From: an uncultured Planctomycetaceae bacterium
GTDB lineage: Bacteria; Planctomycetota; Planctomycetia; Planctomycetales; Planctomycetaceae
Length of the DNA stretch: 64,000 bases
Direction of reading: 5' to 3'
Assembly (NCBI GenBank): GCA_963813715.1
Contig: CAWFAK010000005.1
Location: 64,001 to 128,000, forward strand
The notes below the pieces were generated by a model, which saw nothing but the letters and a program-made list of their open reading frames with translations, did no database searches and was not told the DNA's origin. Positions 1-10,388 of the stretch are shown here, piece after piece. Numbering within the stretch: the stretch's first letter is position 1; the number at the start of each line of letters is the position of its first letter. The position numbers and the translations under genes were made by a program.

Positions 1-797
1 GTCTTGCAGATGCTTAAGTTCGGCGCTCGGATCGTCGCGCCCGTCAACGTCCAAAAGCTGACGCCGGCGAAATCCCCCGACGAGCAACACGTGCTGCACC
101 TCGATTGCGGCGCCGAGATCCGCTGTCAGATGGTGCTGCTCGCGATCGGAGTCCGTTGGCGCAACTGGAGGCCGAGGGCGCCGACGAGTTCGCGGGGGCG
201 GGCATCTATTACGCCTGCACGACGGTGGAAGCCGACCTTTATGACGGCACCGACGTGGCGGTCGTCGGTGCCGGAAACTCCGCCGGGCAAGCGATCATGT
301 TCTTGTCCGAGTGCTGCCCGACGCGCAAGGTCCACGCGATTATTCGCAGCAAGCTGGGACCCAACATGTCGGAGTACCTCGCGAATCGGATCCGCGCCGC
401 TCCCAATGTCGTGATCCACGAACAGACCGAGATCGACGCGGTGTTCGGAAACCATCATGTGGAAGAAATCGCGCTCAAAGGCCAAGAAGCCGCCCCGCCG
501 CGTCGACTGCCCTGTTCGGCCGTATTCGTGTTCATCGGGGCAGAACCGGCGGGCGAGTGGCTGCCGGCCGAAATTGGACGCGACGACAAGGGTTACCTGC
601 TGACCGGCAGCGACGTGGTTCGTTCGGGCCTTTGGCCACTCAAAGATCGCGACCCGTGCCCGCTCGAGACGACTCTGCCCGGAATCCTCGCCGCCGGAGA
701 CATCCGCGCCGGGTCCACCAAACGGGTCGGTTTCGCGGTCGGCGACGGCTCGCTGGCAGTGACGTGCGCCCACCGCTTGCTTTCGATCCGAGCGTGA
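1..797 (+). CDS. Thioredoxin reductase-like FAD/NAD(P) oxidoreductase (5'-truncated; apparent frameshift near 164)
   Basis: ORFs 4..414 and 105..797 join (LAIGVRWR/LEAEGADEF). VVGAGNSAG NAD(P) motif, VFVFIG, GILAAGD, KRVGFAVGDG. The CxxC region reads YACTTVE, with one Cys only. Confidence 0.85.
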
Positions 798-817
798 ACT
801 CGTCAAAGGAACTGTCG

Positions 818-2511
818 ATGGCAGGACAGACCGCAGCGATCGCCGAACGCGGGCTACAGGAAGTCCGGCTGACCGGACGGAGCATTGCGCCGGGCTTGGG
901 AATGGGGCACGCCTGGGTCGTCGGAGACGCGCTGCGATCGGACGGCGTTCCGCAAACGATTGGCGCCGAGGCCGCGGACGGCGAATGCGATCGCCTCGCG
1001 CATTCCTTCGCAGAAACGTTTGCCGAGCTGGACCAGTCGGCACAGCGGATCGAGTCGGAATTCGACTCGGCACTGGCGGGCATCTTTCGCGCGCATGGCA
1101 CAATGTTGCGAGGCCTGGTCGAATCGGGTGAATTCGAGCGGGAAGTCAGAACTTCGTTGTTGACCGCGGAGTGGGCCGTCCGCAGAGTTCTCAAGCGGTG
1201 GTATCAAAAATTCGAGGCGCTCGAAAACCAGACGCTGCGCCAGCGCGCCGACGACGTGCTCGACTTGGGACGAAACATCATTCGGCGGCTCCGCGGAGAA
1301 GCGAAGACCGGGCTCGAATCGATTCCCGAGCAGAGCGTCCTGGTCGTCGAACGGTTGTTGCCTTCCGACGTCGTGCGGCTGCCCAAGTCTCACGTGGCGG
1401 CCATCGTCGTCGAATCCCTGGGCCAAGGCTCTCACGCGGCCCTTTTGCGCGCGAGAAGGGCATCCCCACGATCACCGAGATTCCGGGAGTGCTTTCGCTC
1501 ATTGCCGGCGGCGCCGACGTCTTGGTCGACGGCCATCGGGGAACTCTGGTGCTGTCGCCCCAATCGGCGACCTGCGAAGAGTTCCAGGAGCGGCTCAAAG
1601 CGTGGCGGGCCACGCTCGTGCGCTGCAAAGACGCTTGTCGAAAGCCGGCCCGCACACGCGACGGCCAATTGGTCCGGGTCGAAGCCAATATCGGCATTGA
1701 AGAGGACGTCGACCTGGCTCTCGACAACGGGGCCGATGGTGTGGGTCTCCTGCGAATCGAACAGCTCTATTTTGCCCGGCAAGCCCCGCCGACGGAGGAC
1801 GAACTGTTCCTCGATCTGCAGAAGATGGTGACGCCCCTCGGCGACCGGCCGGTGACCGTGCGTCTGCTGGATATCGGCGGCGACAAACCGCTGCCCTTCT
1901 TGCCGCTGGCGCCGACCGCAAATCCGGTGCTGGGCCGACGGGGCGTGCGGGTCCTGCTGGAGTACGCGCAGCTGGTTCGCACGCAAATGGGGGCCATCTT
2001 GCGGCTTTCGCAGGAACATGCCGTACGCATGCTGATTCCGATGATCACGCTCGAAGACGACATGCGGAGAATGCGCGAAGTGTTCGAGGCGACGAGTGCC
2101 GAACGCAAGATCGCTCATCCTCCCGAATTGGGCGCGATGATCGAAACACCGGCCGCCGCGCTGGCGGTTCCGGCACTGCTGAAGCACGCCGATTTTCTTT
2201 GCGTCGGAACGAATGACCTCACGCAGTACACGTTGGCCGCCGCCCGGGACGACGCCTCCGTGAACGCGTATTTTCAAGATAGCCATGAGTCGGTGATCCG
2301 GCTCTTGCACATTGTCATGGCCGACGCGCGCGGGCGGCCGGTGACGCTCTGCGGGGAGCTGGCCGGTCGCGAAGCCTGGGTTCCGCGCCTGTTGGAAATG
2401 GGATTTCGCACGCTGAGCGTGGCACCAACCGCCGTTCCCACCACGAAACAAGCGATTCGCGCCGTCGATCTCGGAACTCTGGATAAGGCCGCAACTTCGG
2501 CGGCCTTGTAG
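818..2511 (+). CDS. ptsI: Phosphoenolpyruvate-protein phosphotransferase (PTS enzyme I-like); apparent frameshift near 1447
   Basis: GRSIAPGLGMG, RQRADDVLD, phospho-His region GSHAALL(A)REKGIP, GADGVGLLRIE, RLLDIGGDK, MIETP, VGTNDLTQY, LCGELAG. RBS AAAGGA upstream. Confidence 0.88.
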
Positions 2512-2877
2512 ATGCTCGCGTTGGGCCACCGCCGGCACCGGAATGATCACTTCGATAGCCGCGTCAGCGGACGCAATCGGTGAGACGATGACGCGTTGAA
2601 GTTGGCGCGTGCCAAAGATTAATCCCGCGTCCTTCGCTGCTGCTTGGCTTCCCGGTGATTGGAGGGTTTCGTACCACAGACCCTAAGCCAAGCATATTTA
2701 TTTCGCGAGATCACCCCACCGCCGAAGCACTCCGATTCCGCTGAGGAACTATTTAGCTCGCGGCAACTGGCTGCTGAAATCTTGATGTCTGTGTCGTTCC
2801 CGGCGTGATAGACTGACGGCTCATCACCACCTCTTCTCCCTGACGAGTTTTTCCAGCACCAGCACGGAAGACGCCGC

Positions 2878-4329
2878 ATGAGCGACAACGGCACCACCAC
2901 GACGACGCGGAATCGCCGCGAGTTCTTGACGAGCACGGTCATGGCGGGAGGTGCGGCGGCTGTCGCGTCGGTCATTCCCGGAGACACAAGCGCGGCGATG
3001 GAGAAGCTGACTCCGGCGACGATCGCCCTCTTGCCGACGCCGGCGCAGATGCAGGATTTTATCGCGCTGCCCGACGATCATCCGATCGTGATGGTCAACC
3101 TGCTCAAGTTCAAACCCAACGGCGGGCAAGCCGAATACGCCAAGTACGCGGCCGCCATTCAGCCCATTCTGGAAAAGCTCGGCGCCAAGGTGTTGTTCGC
3201 CGGCAAGTCCGAGTACTGCCTGATCGGTAAGGCCGATTGGGACATGGTGGCGCTGGTGCAGTACCCGCGCAAGAAGACACTGTTTCAAATGTCGATGTCG
3301 CCCGAGTATCGGGCCATTCATCACTTTCGGGAGGCTGGGATCGTGGGACAAATCAACTATTGTGTTGCCCAAGTTCCGGCCAAGGCGGAGTCCCTCAGCG
3401 GTCCGGCAAGCGACGGCGGACCGAAGTCGGGCGTATTGCGGACGCCCGACGAGCGCTTCGCGCATCTGCCCGGCTTCGAGTTTCAGCCGCACTACCACGA
3501 GGTCGGCGGCTACCGCGTGCATTATCTCGACGAGGGTCCGCGGGACGGGCAGCCCATTCTATTGCTGCATGGCGAGCCGACGTGGTGCTACCTCTATCGC
3601 AAGATGGTTCCGCCGCTCGTGGCGGCCGGTTACCGCTGCATCGTGCCGGACCTGGTCGGCTTCGGCCGCTCGGACAAGCCGACCGATCGGACCGTGCACA
3701 CGTACAAGTTCCATGTCGACGAAATGGCCGGCCTCGTGACGGCGCTCGACTTGAAGAACAGCACATTCTTCGGCCAGGACTGGGGCGGTTTGATCGGCCT
3801 GCGGGTCGTCACCCAGAACGAAGGCCGCTTTTCGCGAATCGTGGTCTCCAATACGGGCCTGCCGACCGGCGAACAACCCATGACGCCCGCCTTCCTGATC
3901 TGGAAACGGATGGCGCAGGAGATGCTCGACTCCGGCGACATGCCCGTTGGCACGCTCGTCTCGACGAGTGCTCGCACTCCCAACTTGAAGGAAGCCTACG
4001 ACGCTCCCTTCCCGGACAAGCACTACAAGGCGGGCCCGCTGATGATGCCGCAGCTTGTCCCCACGACGCCCAACGACCCCGCCAAAGAGGCGAACAAACG
4101 AGCCTGGCAGGTGCTGCAGGAGTGGAAGAAGCCGTTTCTCACCGCCTTTGGCGATCACGATCCGATTACGGGCGGCGGCGACGCCCACTTCCAAAAAATC
4201 GTTCCCGGTGCGCACGGCCAGCCCCACACGATGGTCAAAGGGGCCGGCCATTTCATTCAAGAAACGCACGGGGCGGAGCTGGCCCAGATCATCATCGATT
4301 GGATTGCCAAGACCCCGCCGACGGCCTGA
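2878..4329 (+). CDS. Tat-signal / DUF1330-like / haloalkane dehalogenase fusion protein
   Basis: RNRREFL twin-arginine motif; MVNLLKF..WDMVALVQYP..SPEY DUF1330-like domain; then LRTPDERF, HGEPTW, GQDWGG, AFGDHDPI and GAGHFIQE as in haloalkane dehalogenases. Confidence 0.85.
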   Translation: MSDNGTTTTTRNRREFLTSTVMAGGAAAVASVIPGDTSAAMEKLTPATIALLPTPAQMQDFIALPDDHPIVMVNLLKFKPNGGQAEYAKYAAAIQPILEKLGAKVLFAGKSEYCLIGKADWDMVALVQYPRKKTLFQMSMSPEYRAIHHFREAGIVGQINYCVAQVPAKAESLSGPASDGGPKSGVLRTPDERFAHLPGFEFQPHYHEVGGYRVHYLDEGPRDGQPILLLHGEPTWCYLYRKMVPPLVAAGYRCIVPDLVGFGRSDKPTDRTVHTYKFHVDEMAGLVTALDLKNSTFFGQDWGGLIGLRVVTQNEGRFSRIVVSNTGLPTGEQPMTPAFLIWKRMAQEMLDSGDMPVGTLVSTSARTPNLKEAYDAPFPDKHYKAGPLMMPQLVPTTPNDPAKEANKRAWQVLQEWKKPFLTAFGDHDPITGGGDAHFQKIVPGAHGQPHTMVKGAGHFIQETHGAELAQIIIDWIAKTPPTA

Positions 4330-4430
4330 CGGATTTCGCGCCGTTAGCCCCCGCGACTCGTCCCTGACTTCACCGACGTCCCCGTGCACGGAGAGCGCGT
4401 CCCTACGAAAGAAAAGTTGAGACCTGCGCG

Positions 4431-6791
4431 ATGTCAGCTCCCTGCAGTTCCCGTGCGCCCGGTGTCACTGCCTCCTTTCTGGTTTCCTTCTTCACCGCGA
4501 TCCTGACGGCCGCCCCGTCGTTCGCCGACGACCCTGCCGGCAAGCTGCCGCGCGATCCGCCTCCGTTTCAGGGCGTGGTCGGCCGCACGATCAAGGATTC
4601 GAAGTCCGCTTATCCCGAGCCTGTGCGGGCTCCCAGAGACGCGCCCAACGTCGTGATCATCATGACCGACGATACGGGCTTTGGTCATGCGAGCACGTTC
4701 GGCGGGCCGATCCCCACTCCCACGCTCGACCGGCTGGCCAAAGGCGGTCTGCGTTACAACCGCTTCCACACGACGGCCCTCTGCTCGCCGACCCGGGCGG
4801 CCCTGCTCAGCGGTCGCAACCATCACTCGATGAGCGCCGGCATCGTCGAGGAATTCGCCACCGGCTTTCCCGGTTACGACTCGATGTTGCCCGCGAACGC
4901 CGCGCTGATCTCGGAGGTGCTCAAGGGCAACGGCTACAGCACGGCCGCATTCGGCAAATGGCACAACACGCCCAACTGGGAATCGGGGCCGACGGGACCC
5001 TTCGATCGCTGGCCCACCAACCTGGGCTTTCAGTACTTCTACGGCTTTCTCGGCGGCGACACGAACCAGTGGTCTCCCGGGCTGGTGGAGAACACAAAAC
5101 GGCTCGAGCCCCCCTACGATCCGCAGTATCACTTGATGACCGACATGACGAACCGGGCCATCGACTGGGTTCGCACGCAAAAAACCACCCAACCGAACAA
5201 GCCGTTTTTCGTCTATTTCGCTCCCGGCGCCACGCACGCACCGCACCACGCCCCCAAAAGCTGGATCGAACGCTTCAAAGGGCAGTTCGACCAGGGCTGG
5301 GACAAGGTCCGCGAAGAAACGTTTGCCCGCCAGAAGCAGCTCGGCGTCGTCCCGCCGGACACCATCAATACGCCGCGACACAAGTCGATCCCCGCCTGGG
5401 ACTCCCTGAGCGCCGACGATCGACGCCTCTATGCCCGCATGCAGGAGGTGTTTGCCGGCTTCCTCGCCTACACCGACAGCGAAATCGGCCGCCTGATCGA
5501 CACTATCGACCAGCTGGGTGAACTCGACAATACGCTCGTCTTCTACATCGTGGGCGACAACGGCGCGAGTCCCGAAGGAGGCGTGACCGGCACTGACAAC
5601 GAAGGCAAGCGATTTAACGGCATCTTCGATTCGGTCGAGGCGAACCGTAAGCTGCTCGACAAGTTGGGCGGCCCGATGGCCTACAACAACTACGCAGTCG
5701 GCTGGGCCTACGCCGGCAGCACACCCTTCAAATGGACCAAGCAGATCGCCTCGCACTTCGGCGGCACGCGCAATCCGCTCGTGATCTCCTGGCCCAAGCG
5801 CATCCGCGACAAAGGTGGCTTGCGGACCCAGTTCCACCACGTCGTCGACATCGCCCCCACGATTTATGAGTCCGTCGGCATCCATCCGCCTGCCGCCGTC
5901 AACGGCATTGCGCAAAAACCGATCGAAGGCGTCAGCCTGGCGTACACCTTCGATCATTCCGAGGCCAAGGGACGTCACGTCACCCAATATTTCGAGATGA
6001 TCGGCAGCCGGGCGCTATATCACGACGGCTGGGTGGCGGCCGCCTTTCATGGCCGCATTCCCTGGCTGGCCTTTGCGCTCGGCAGCGGGCCGGACATCGA
6101 CGAGGAGCCCTGGGAGCTCTATCACATCGACGAAGACTTCAGCGAAGCCAAGGATCTCACCAAGGCCAACCCCAAGAAACTGCGCGAGCTGCAGTCGATG
6201 TTCTGGATCGAAGCGGCCAAGTATCACGTCTTGCCGATCGACGATCGCACGGCCGGCCGCATGCTCAATAACCCGCAACCCCAAGTCGCTCCCGGCCGCA
6301 CGAAGGCGACGTTCTACCCGGGGATCATCTTGCCGGAAGCGGTCGCACCGAACTCCAAGAACCGCTCGTACGCCATCACGGCCTTCGTCGATCTGGCGAA
6401 ACCGGGGGCCGAAGGTGTGCTCGTCGCCCAGGGGGGCCGCTTCGGTGGGTACACGCTCTACATCAAGAACGGAAAGCTGGTCTGGCACTTCAATTTCTTG
6501 AATGCCTCCCGGTATACGATCACGTCGGATGTCGACGTGCCGCTGGGCAAGTCGCAGCTGCGGTACGAATTCGCGTTCGCCGGCGACGCCAACGGCGGCG
6601 GTCTGGGAAGGCTGTTTATCAACGACCGGCAAGTGGGCGAAGGAAAGATCGGTCGCACACCCCGCGGCGTCCTCTCGCTCGACGAAACGTTCAACGTCGG
6701 CGAGGACATCGCCACGCCCGTCTCGGAAGACTACCAATCTCCGTTCCGCTTCACCGGCGGCCTCGAGAAGGTGACGGTCCAGCTCAAGTGA
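4431..6791 (+). CDS. Secreted arylsulfatase (Cys/formylglycine type) with C-terminal LamG-like region
   Basis: Signal peptide, PNVVIIMTDD, CSPTRAALLSGR signature, GKWH, GDNG. Confidence 0.92.
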   Translation: MSAPCSSRAPGVTASFLVSFFTAILTAAPSFADDPAGKLPRDPPPFQGVVGRTIKDSKSAYPEPVRAPRDAPNVVIIMTDDTGFGHASTFGGPIPTPTLDRLAKGGLRYNRFHTTALCSPTRAALLSGRNHHSMSAGIVEEFATGFPGYDSMLPANAALISEVLKGNGYSTAAFGKWHNTPNWESGPTGPFDRWPTNLGFQYFYGFLGGDTNQWSPGLVENTKRLEPPYDPQYHLMTDMTNRAIDWVRTQKTTQPNKPFFVYFAPGATHAPHHAPKSWIERFKGQFDQGWDKVREETFARQKQLGVVPPDTINTPRHKSIPAWDSLSADDRRLYARMQEVFAGFLAYTDSEIGRLIDTIDQLGELDNTLVFYIVGDNGASPEGGVTGTDNEGKRFNGIFDSVEANRKLLDKLGGPMAYNNYAVGWAYAGSTPFKWTKQIASHFGGTRNPLVISWPKRIRDKGGLRTQFHHVVDIAPTIYESVGIHPPAAVNGIAQKPIEGVSLAYTFDHSEAKGRHVTQYFEMIGSRALYHDGWVAAAFHGRIPWLAFALGSGPDIDEEPWELYHIDEDFSEAKDLTKANPKKLRELQSMFWIEAAKYHVLPIDDRTAGRMLNNPQPQVAPGRTKATFYPGIILPEAVAPNSKNRSYAITAFVDLAKPGAEGVLVAQGGRFGGYTLYIKNGKLVWHFNFLNASRYTITSDVDVPLGKSQLRYEFAFAGDANGGGLGRLFINDRQVGEGKIGRTPRGVLSLDETFNVGEDIATPVSEDYQSPFRFTGGLEKVTVQLK

Positions 6792-6806
6792 GGGCGGCGC
6801 CGAAAA

Positions 6807-9545
6807 CTACGAACGAGCGGGGCGGTTGCTGCGGCGATACCAGTCTTCGAAGAAGTCGAGCCAGCGGCTGAGTCCCGGCTCCTGAAAGCACGACAAGTGA
6901 TTGTCGGTCTGGGGTAGCACGCACGACTCGATGCCCCCCGTTTCAATGCGGCGCCAACAGGCGGCATAGCTGGCGTGATAGGGCGCGCCCGCCACGAGAG
7001 CCACGCGTTGGCCGAGGGCGTGCAGGAAAGCGCTGTCGATATTCTGGACGTAGTGCGGATGCATGAAGTTCCACCGCTGCTCCGCGATCGAAGCCTCGGA
7101 AGAAATCATCTCGGCCTCGCCGCCTTTCGCCGCCACCTGACCGACGGGTGTGCGGCTAAACAGCAGGCGATAGAGGCTGCCGAGCCTTTGCCGCAAACGA
7201 ATCTTCCAGGGCAGGTCGCGGTAGGGCAGGGCGGGCTCGATCATCATCAGGTCGATGTCGAAGCCCTTGTTCAACAACTTGGCGGCCAGGCAATAAGCGA
7301 GAATGCCCCCATACGAATAGCCGATCAACAGCAGCTTCCGGCCGAGCACGTGCTGTTCGAGCTCGCGCACGTAGACTTGCAGCTGTTCCTCGAAACTAAG
7401 ATTGAGGGGCGGCCAGAATCTGCGAGCCGTCGAGCTTCAGATGAATGACGGGGCCGAGCGACGGCAATCGCTCCAACAGCAACGGAATGGGCTGCACGTG
7501 GCCGACGCACACGAGCGGATGTCCGTCGCCGCCAGCCCGCAATACTTCCAGAAAGTCGGTGGTTCCCGCGTCCGGTCCCCGCACCGCATGCTCCTTCTGT
7601 CCGCTGGGTGAAGAAGTCTCGCTGCGAGTCGCGCTGGTCGACGGAAACATCCGGGCGAGGCCGGCCGGAGTAGGGGCGACAAACAGGCTGCGCGTCGACA
7701 GCTCGACATGCAGCCGCTCGCGGATTCGCGAAACGAGCGTGGTCGCCAGCAGCGAGTGCCCGCCCAGGACGAAGAAGTTGTCGTGGATGCCGACCCGGGC
7801 GAGACCTAGTACGTCGGCAAAGATGCCGGCCAGCTCTTCCTCAATCGGCGTGCCGGTCGCGCGGAGACCGCGCTTCGGCTCGTTGCTGGCCTCCTGGTCG
7901 TTGATGATCGATTCGGGGGCGGGTAGTTGCTGGCGGTCGAGCTTGCCGTTGACGGTTCGCGGGAGCGCGTTGAGTGCGACGTACCGCGCCGGCAGCATGT
8001 GCTCCGGCAATCTCCGCTCGAGAAACCGGCGAAGCTCCGCGGCAGAGGGAGACATTGCGGACTTCGGTGCGACGAAGTAAGCCACCAGCCGTTTGTCGCC
8101 CGGCCGATCCTCGCGCAACTGTACAGCGCAGTCGGTAATTTGGGGGTGCTCCGCGAGCGTGGACTCGATTTCTGCCAGCTCGATGCGGAAGCCGCGCAGT
8201 TTGACCTGTTGATCGATGCGGCCGAGATATTCGAGATTGCCGTCCGGCCGCCGACGCACCAGGTCGCCCGTGCGATACAGCCGGTCGCCCGGCCGATCGC
8301 TGAACGGGTCGGGGAGAAATCGCTCCGCGGTCAGCTCGGGCCGGTTGAGATAGCCGCGGGCCAGCCCCGCGCCGCCCACGTACAGTTCACCAACCTGTCC
8401 GGTCGGCGTCGGCTCGCGGGATTCGTCGAGCACGTGCAGCCTGAGGTCGGGGATGGCCTCGCCGATCAGGCTGCTGCGCGTGGTGCGCACCAGCTCGCGG
8501 CTGAGCGGCTGGTAGGTCACGTGCACCGTCGTTTCCGTGATGCCGTACATGTTGACGAGCGTGGTCGCTTCGTCGGCGTGCCGCAGATACCAGTCTCTCA
8601 AGCGGGAGAAGTCGAGCGCCTCGCCGCCAAAGATGATGTATCGCAGCGCCAGCTCGACGGTGGTCGGGTTCTCAGCGTCGGCCTGCAGTAACTGGTAAAA
8701 GGCCGACGGGGTTTGGTTCAGAACGGTGACCCGCTCGTGGGCCAGCAGGTTGAGGAATTCAGCCGGCGAGCGAGTGATTGTTCGCGGGACGAGCACGAGA
8801 CGTCCGCCATGCAGCAGCGCGCCCACAGCTCCCAGACGGAGAAGTCGAAGGCGAACGAGTGGAACAGCGTCCACACATCGTCCGGGCCGAACTCGAACCA
8901 GGACCGCGTCGATTCGAACAAGCGCACGACGTTCCCGTGCGAGACGACAACGCCCTTGGGCGCGCCGGTCGACCCCGAAGTGTAGATGACGTAGGCTGCT
9001 TGTCCGAAATTGGGAGTTGCGACCCGCTCCGAGTCCGTCGGGTTGTCGTCCGCCGCGCGCTCGAAAGCCGTTCGCGTTTCTGGTGTATCGAGCAGCAGCG
9101 TTCTCGTGGCTTCCGGCAGTTGTCCGCGGAGCGCGCGTGTCGTGAGAACGACGATTGGAGCAGCATCCTCGACGATCACGGCCAATCGCGCGGCCGGATA
9201 CTCGGGATCGAGCGGCACGTAGGCTCCGCCCGCTTTCAAAATCGCCACAATGCCGATCACCATTTCGGGCGATCGGTCGAGACACAGGGCCACGAGTTTC
9301 TCGGGACCGACGCCGCTATCCCGCAGCACGTGCGCCAATTGATTGGCGCGGGCGTTCAACTCGGCGTACGTGATCCGCTGTTCGTCGCCGGCGAGGGCAA
9401 TGGCCTCGGGCGTGCGCGTGGCCTGCTCTTCGAATAGCCGATGCAGACCCTTGTCGGGCACTGACGGCGCGGCGGTCGAGCGAACTTTCTCTGCCCGCAC
9501 GGCCCGTCGCTCAGAATCCGTGAACAGGGGCAACTCGACCGTCAT
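6807..9545 (-). CDS. Stand-alone NRPS A-T-TE module (apparent frameshifts near 8823 and 7420)
   Basis: YTSGSTGAPKG, FDFSVWE, NMYGITETT, YRTGD, QVKLRGFRIE, NGKLDR; PCP FFVLGGHSLL; TE GYSYG with a C-terminal His. Confidence 0.88.
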
Positions 9546-9777
9546 CTCATGCGCCCCGTGCCGGAAATACCTCTCGCCGCAAACATTAAGGAAAGTCCAT
9601 TTTGTGCACGATTTTGCGCGAAATGAGACCAGCTATTGTTCACGCTGGATTAAACCTGTCGACACCTCCACGGTTTGATGAACATTTTTTCATAATTTGA
9701 CGCGATGTGCAAGGACGTCGCCCGATGGAGTCGGCCTATGGACTGCTGCCGCTCGTCCGTCCACAGTCACGGCGCCT

Positions 9778-10332
9778 TCAAATGGCGTTCGCACTTTCGC
9801 AGGCGGGACGTCGAACGTCGGCAGTAAACAAATCTTTCGGCTCGGCCCCGGTCGCGCGACGCTCCGAGGCGAGCAGCCAGTGTTTCTTGTCGAGGCCGCC
9901 GGCATAACCTGTGAGCTTGCCGTTGGCGCCGATCACTCGATGGCAGGGGACGAGGATCGAGATCGGATTGCGGCCGTTGGCGTGACCCACGGCCCGCGAT
10001 GCGCTCGGCCTGCCGACGCGCCGCGCCAGCTCGCCATAGTGGATCGTCGTGCCGAACGGAATCCGCACCAGCTCCTGCCAGACACGCTGCTGAAACGCGG
10101 TGCCGACCAGTTTGATTGGCACATCGAACTGCTGTCGCTCGCCCGCGAAGTATTCGGCCAGCTGCCGCCGCACCGCTGCGAACGGCTCGTCGGCCCGTTG
10201 CCACGTGGGTTCCGGACCCGGCGAGCCCTTATGCGAGGGCATGAACAGACCCGTCACGAACTGGCCGTCGCCGCGAACGAACATCTGCCCCAAGGGGGAG
10301 TCGAAATACGTGAAGTAGGTGGTCACCGTCAT
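9778..10332 (-). CDS. ogt: Methylated-DNA-protein-cysteine methyltransferase
   Basis: GTAFQQRVW, RAVGHANGRNP, PCHRV active site. Confidence 0.95.
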   Translation of the reverse strand: MTVTTYFTYFDSPLGQMFVRGDGQFVTGLFMPSHKGSPGPEPTWQRADEPFAAVRRQLAEYFAGERQQFDVPIKLVGTAFQQRVWQELVRIPFGTTIHYGELARRVGRPSASRAVGHANGRNPISILVPCHRVIGANGKLTGYAGGLDKKHWLLASERRATGAEPKDLFTADVRRPACESANAI

Positions 10333-10388
10333 GGGTTCTTACTCCGCCAAGTGTTGGAGAATGGGTGTGAGTTTGAGTGTTGGTGTGG

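Noticed and set aside
2878..9545. Dehalogenase, sulfatase and Thr NRPS as one chlorothreonine-type cluster
   Set aside because: No halogenase is present, the genes are convergent, and the hydrolases appear exported while the NRPS is cytoplasmic.
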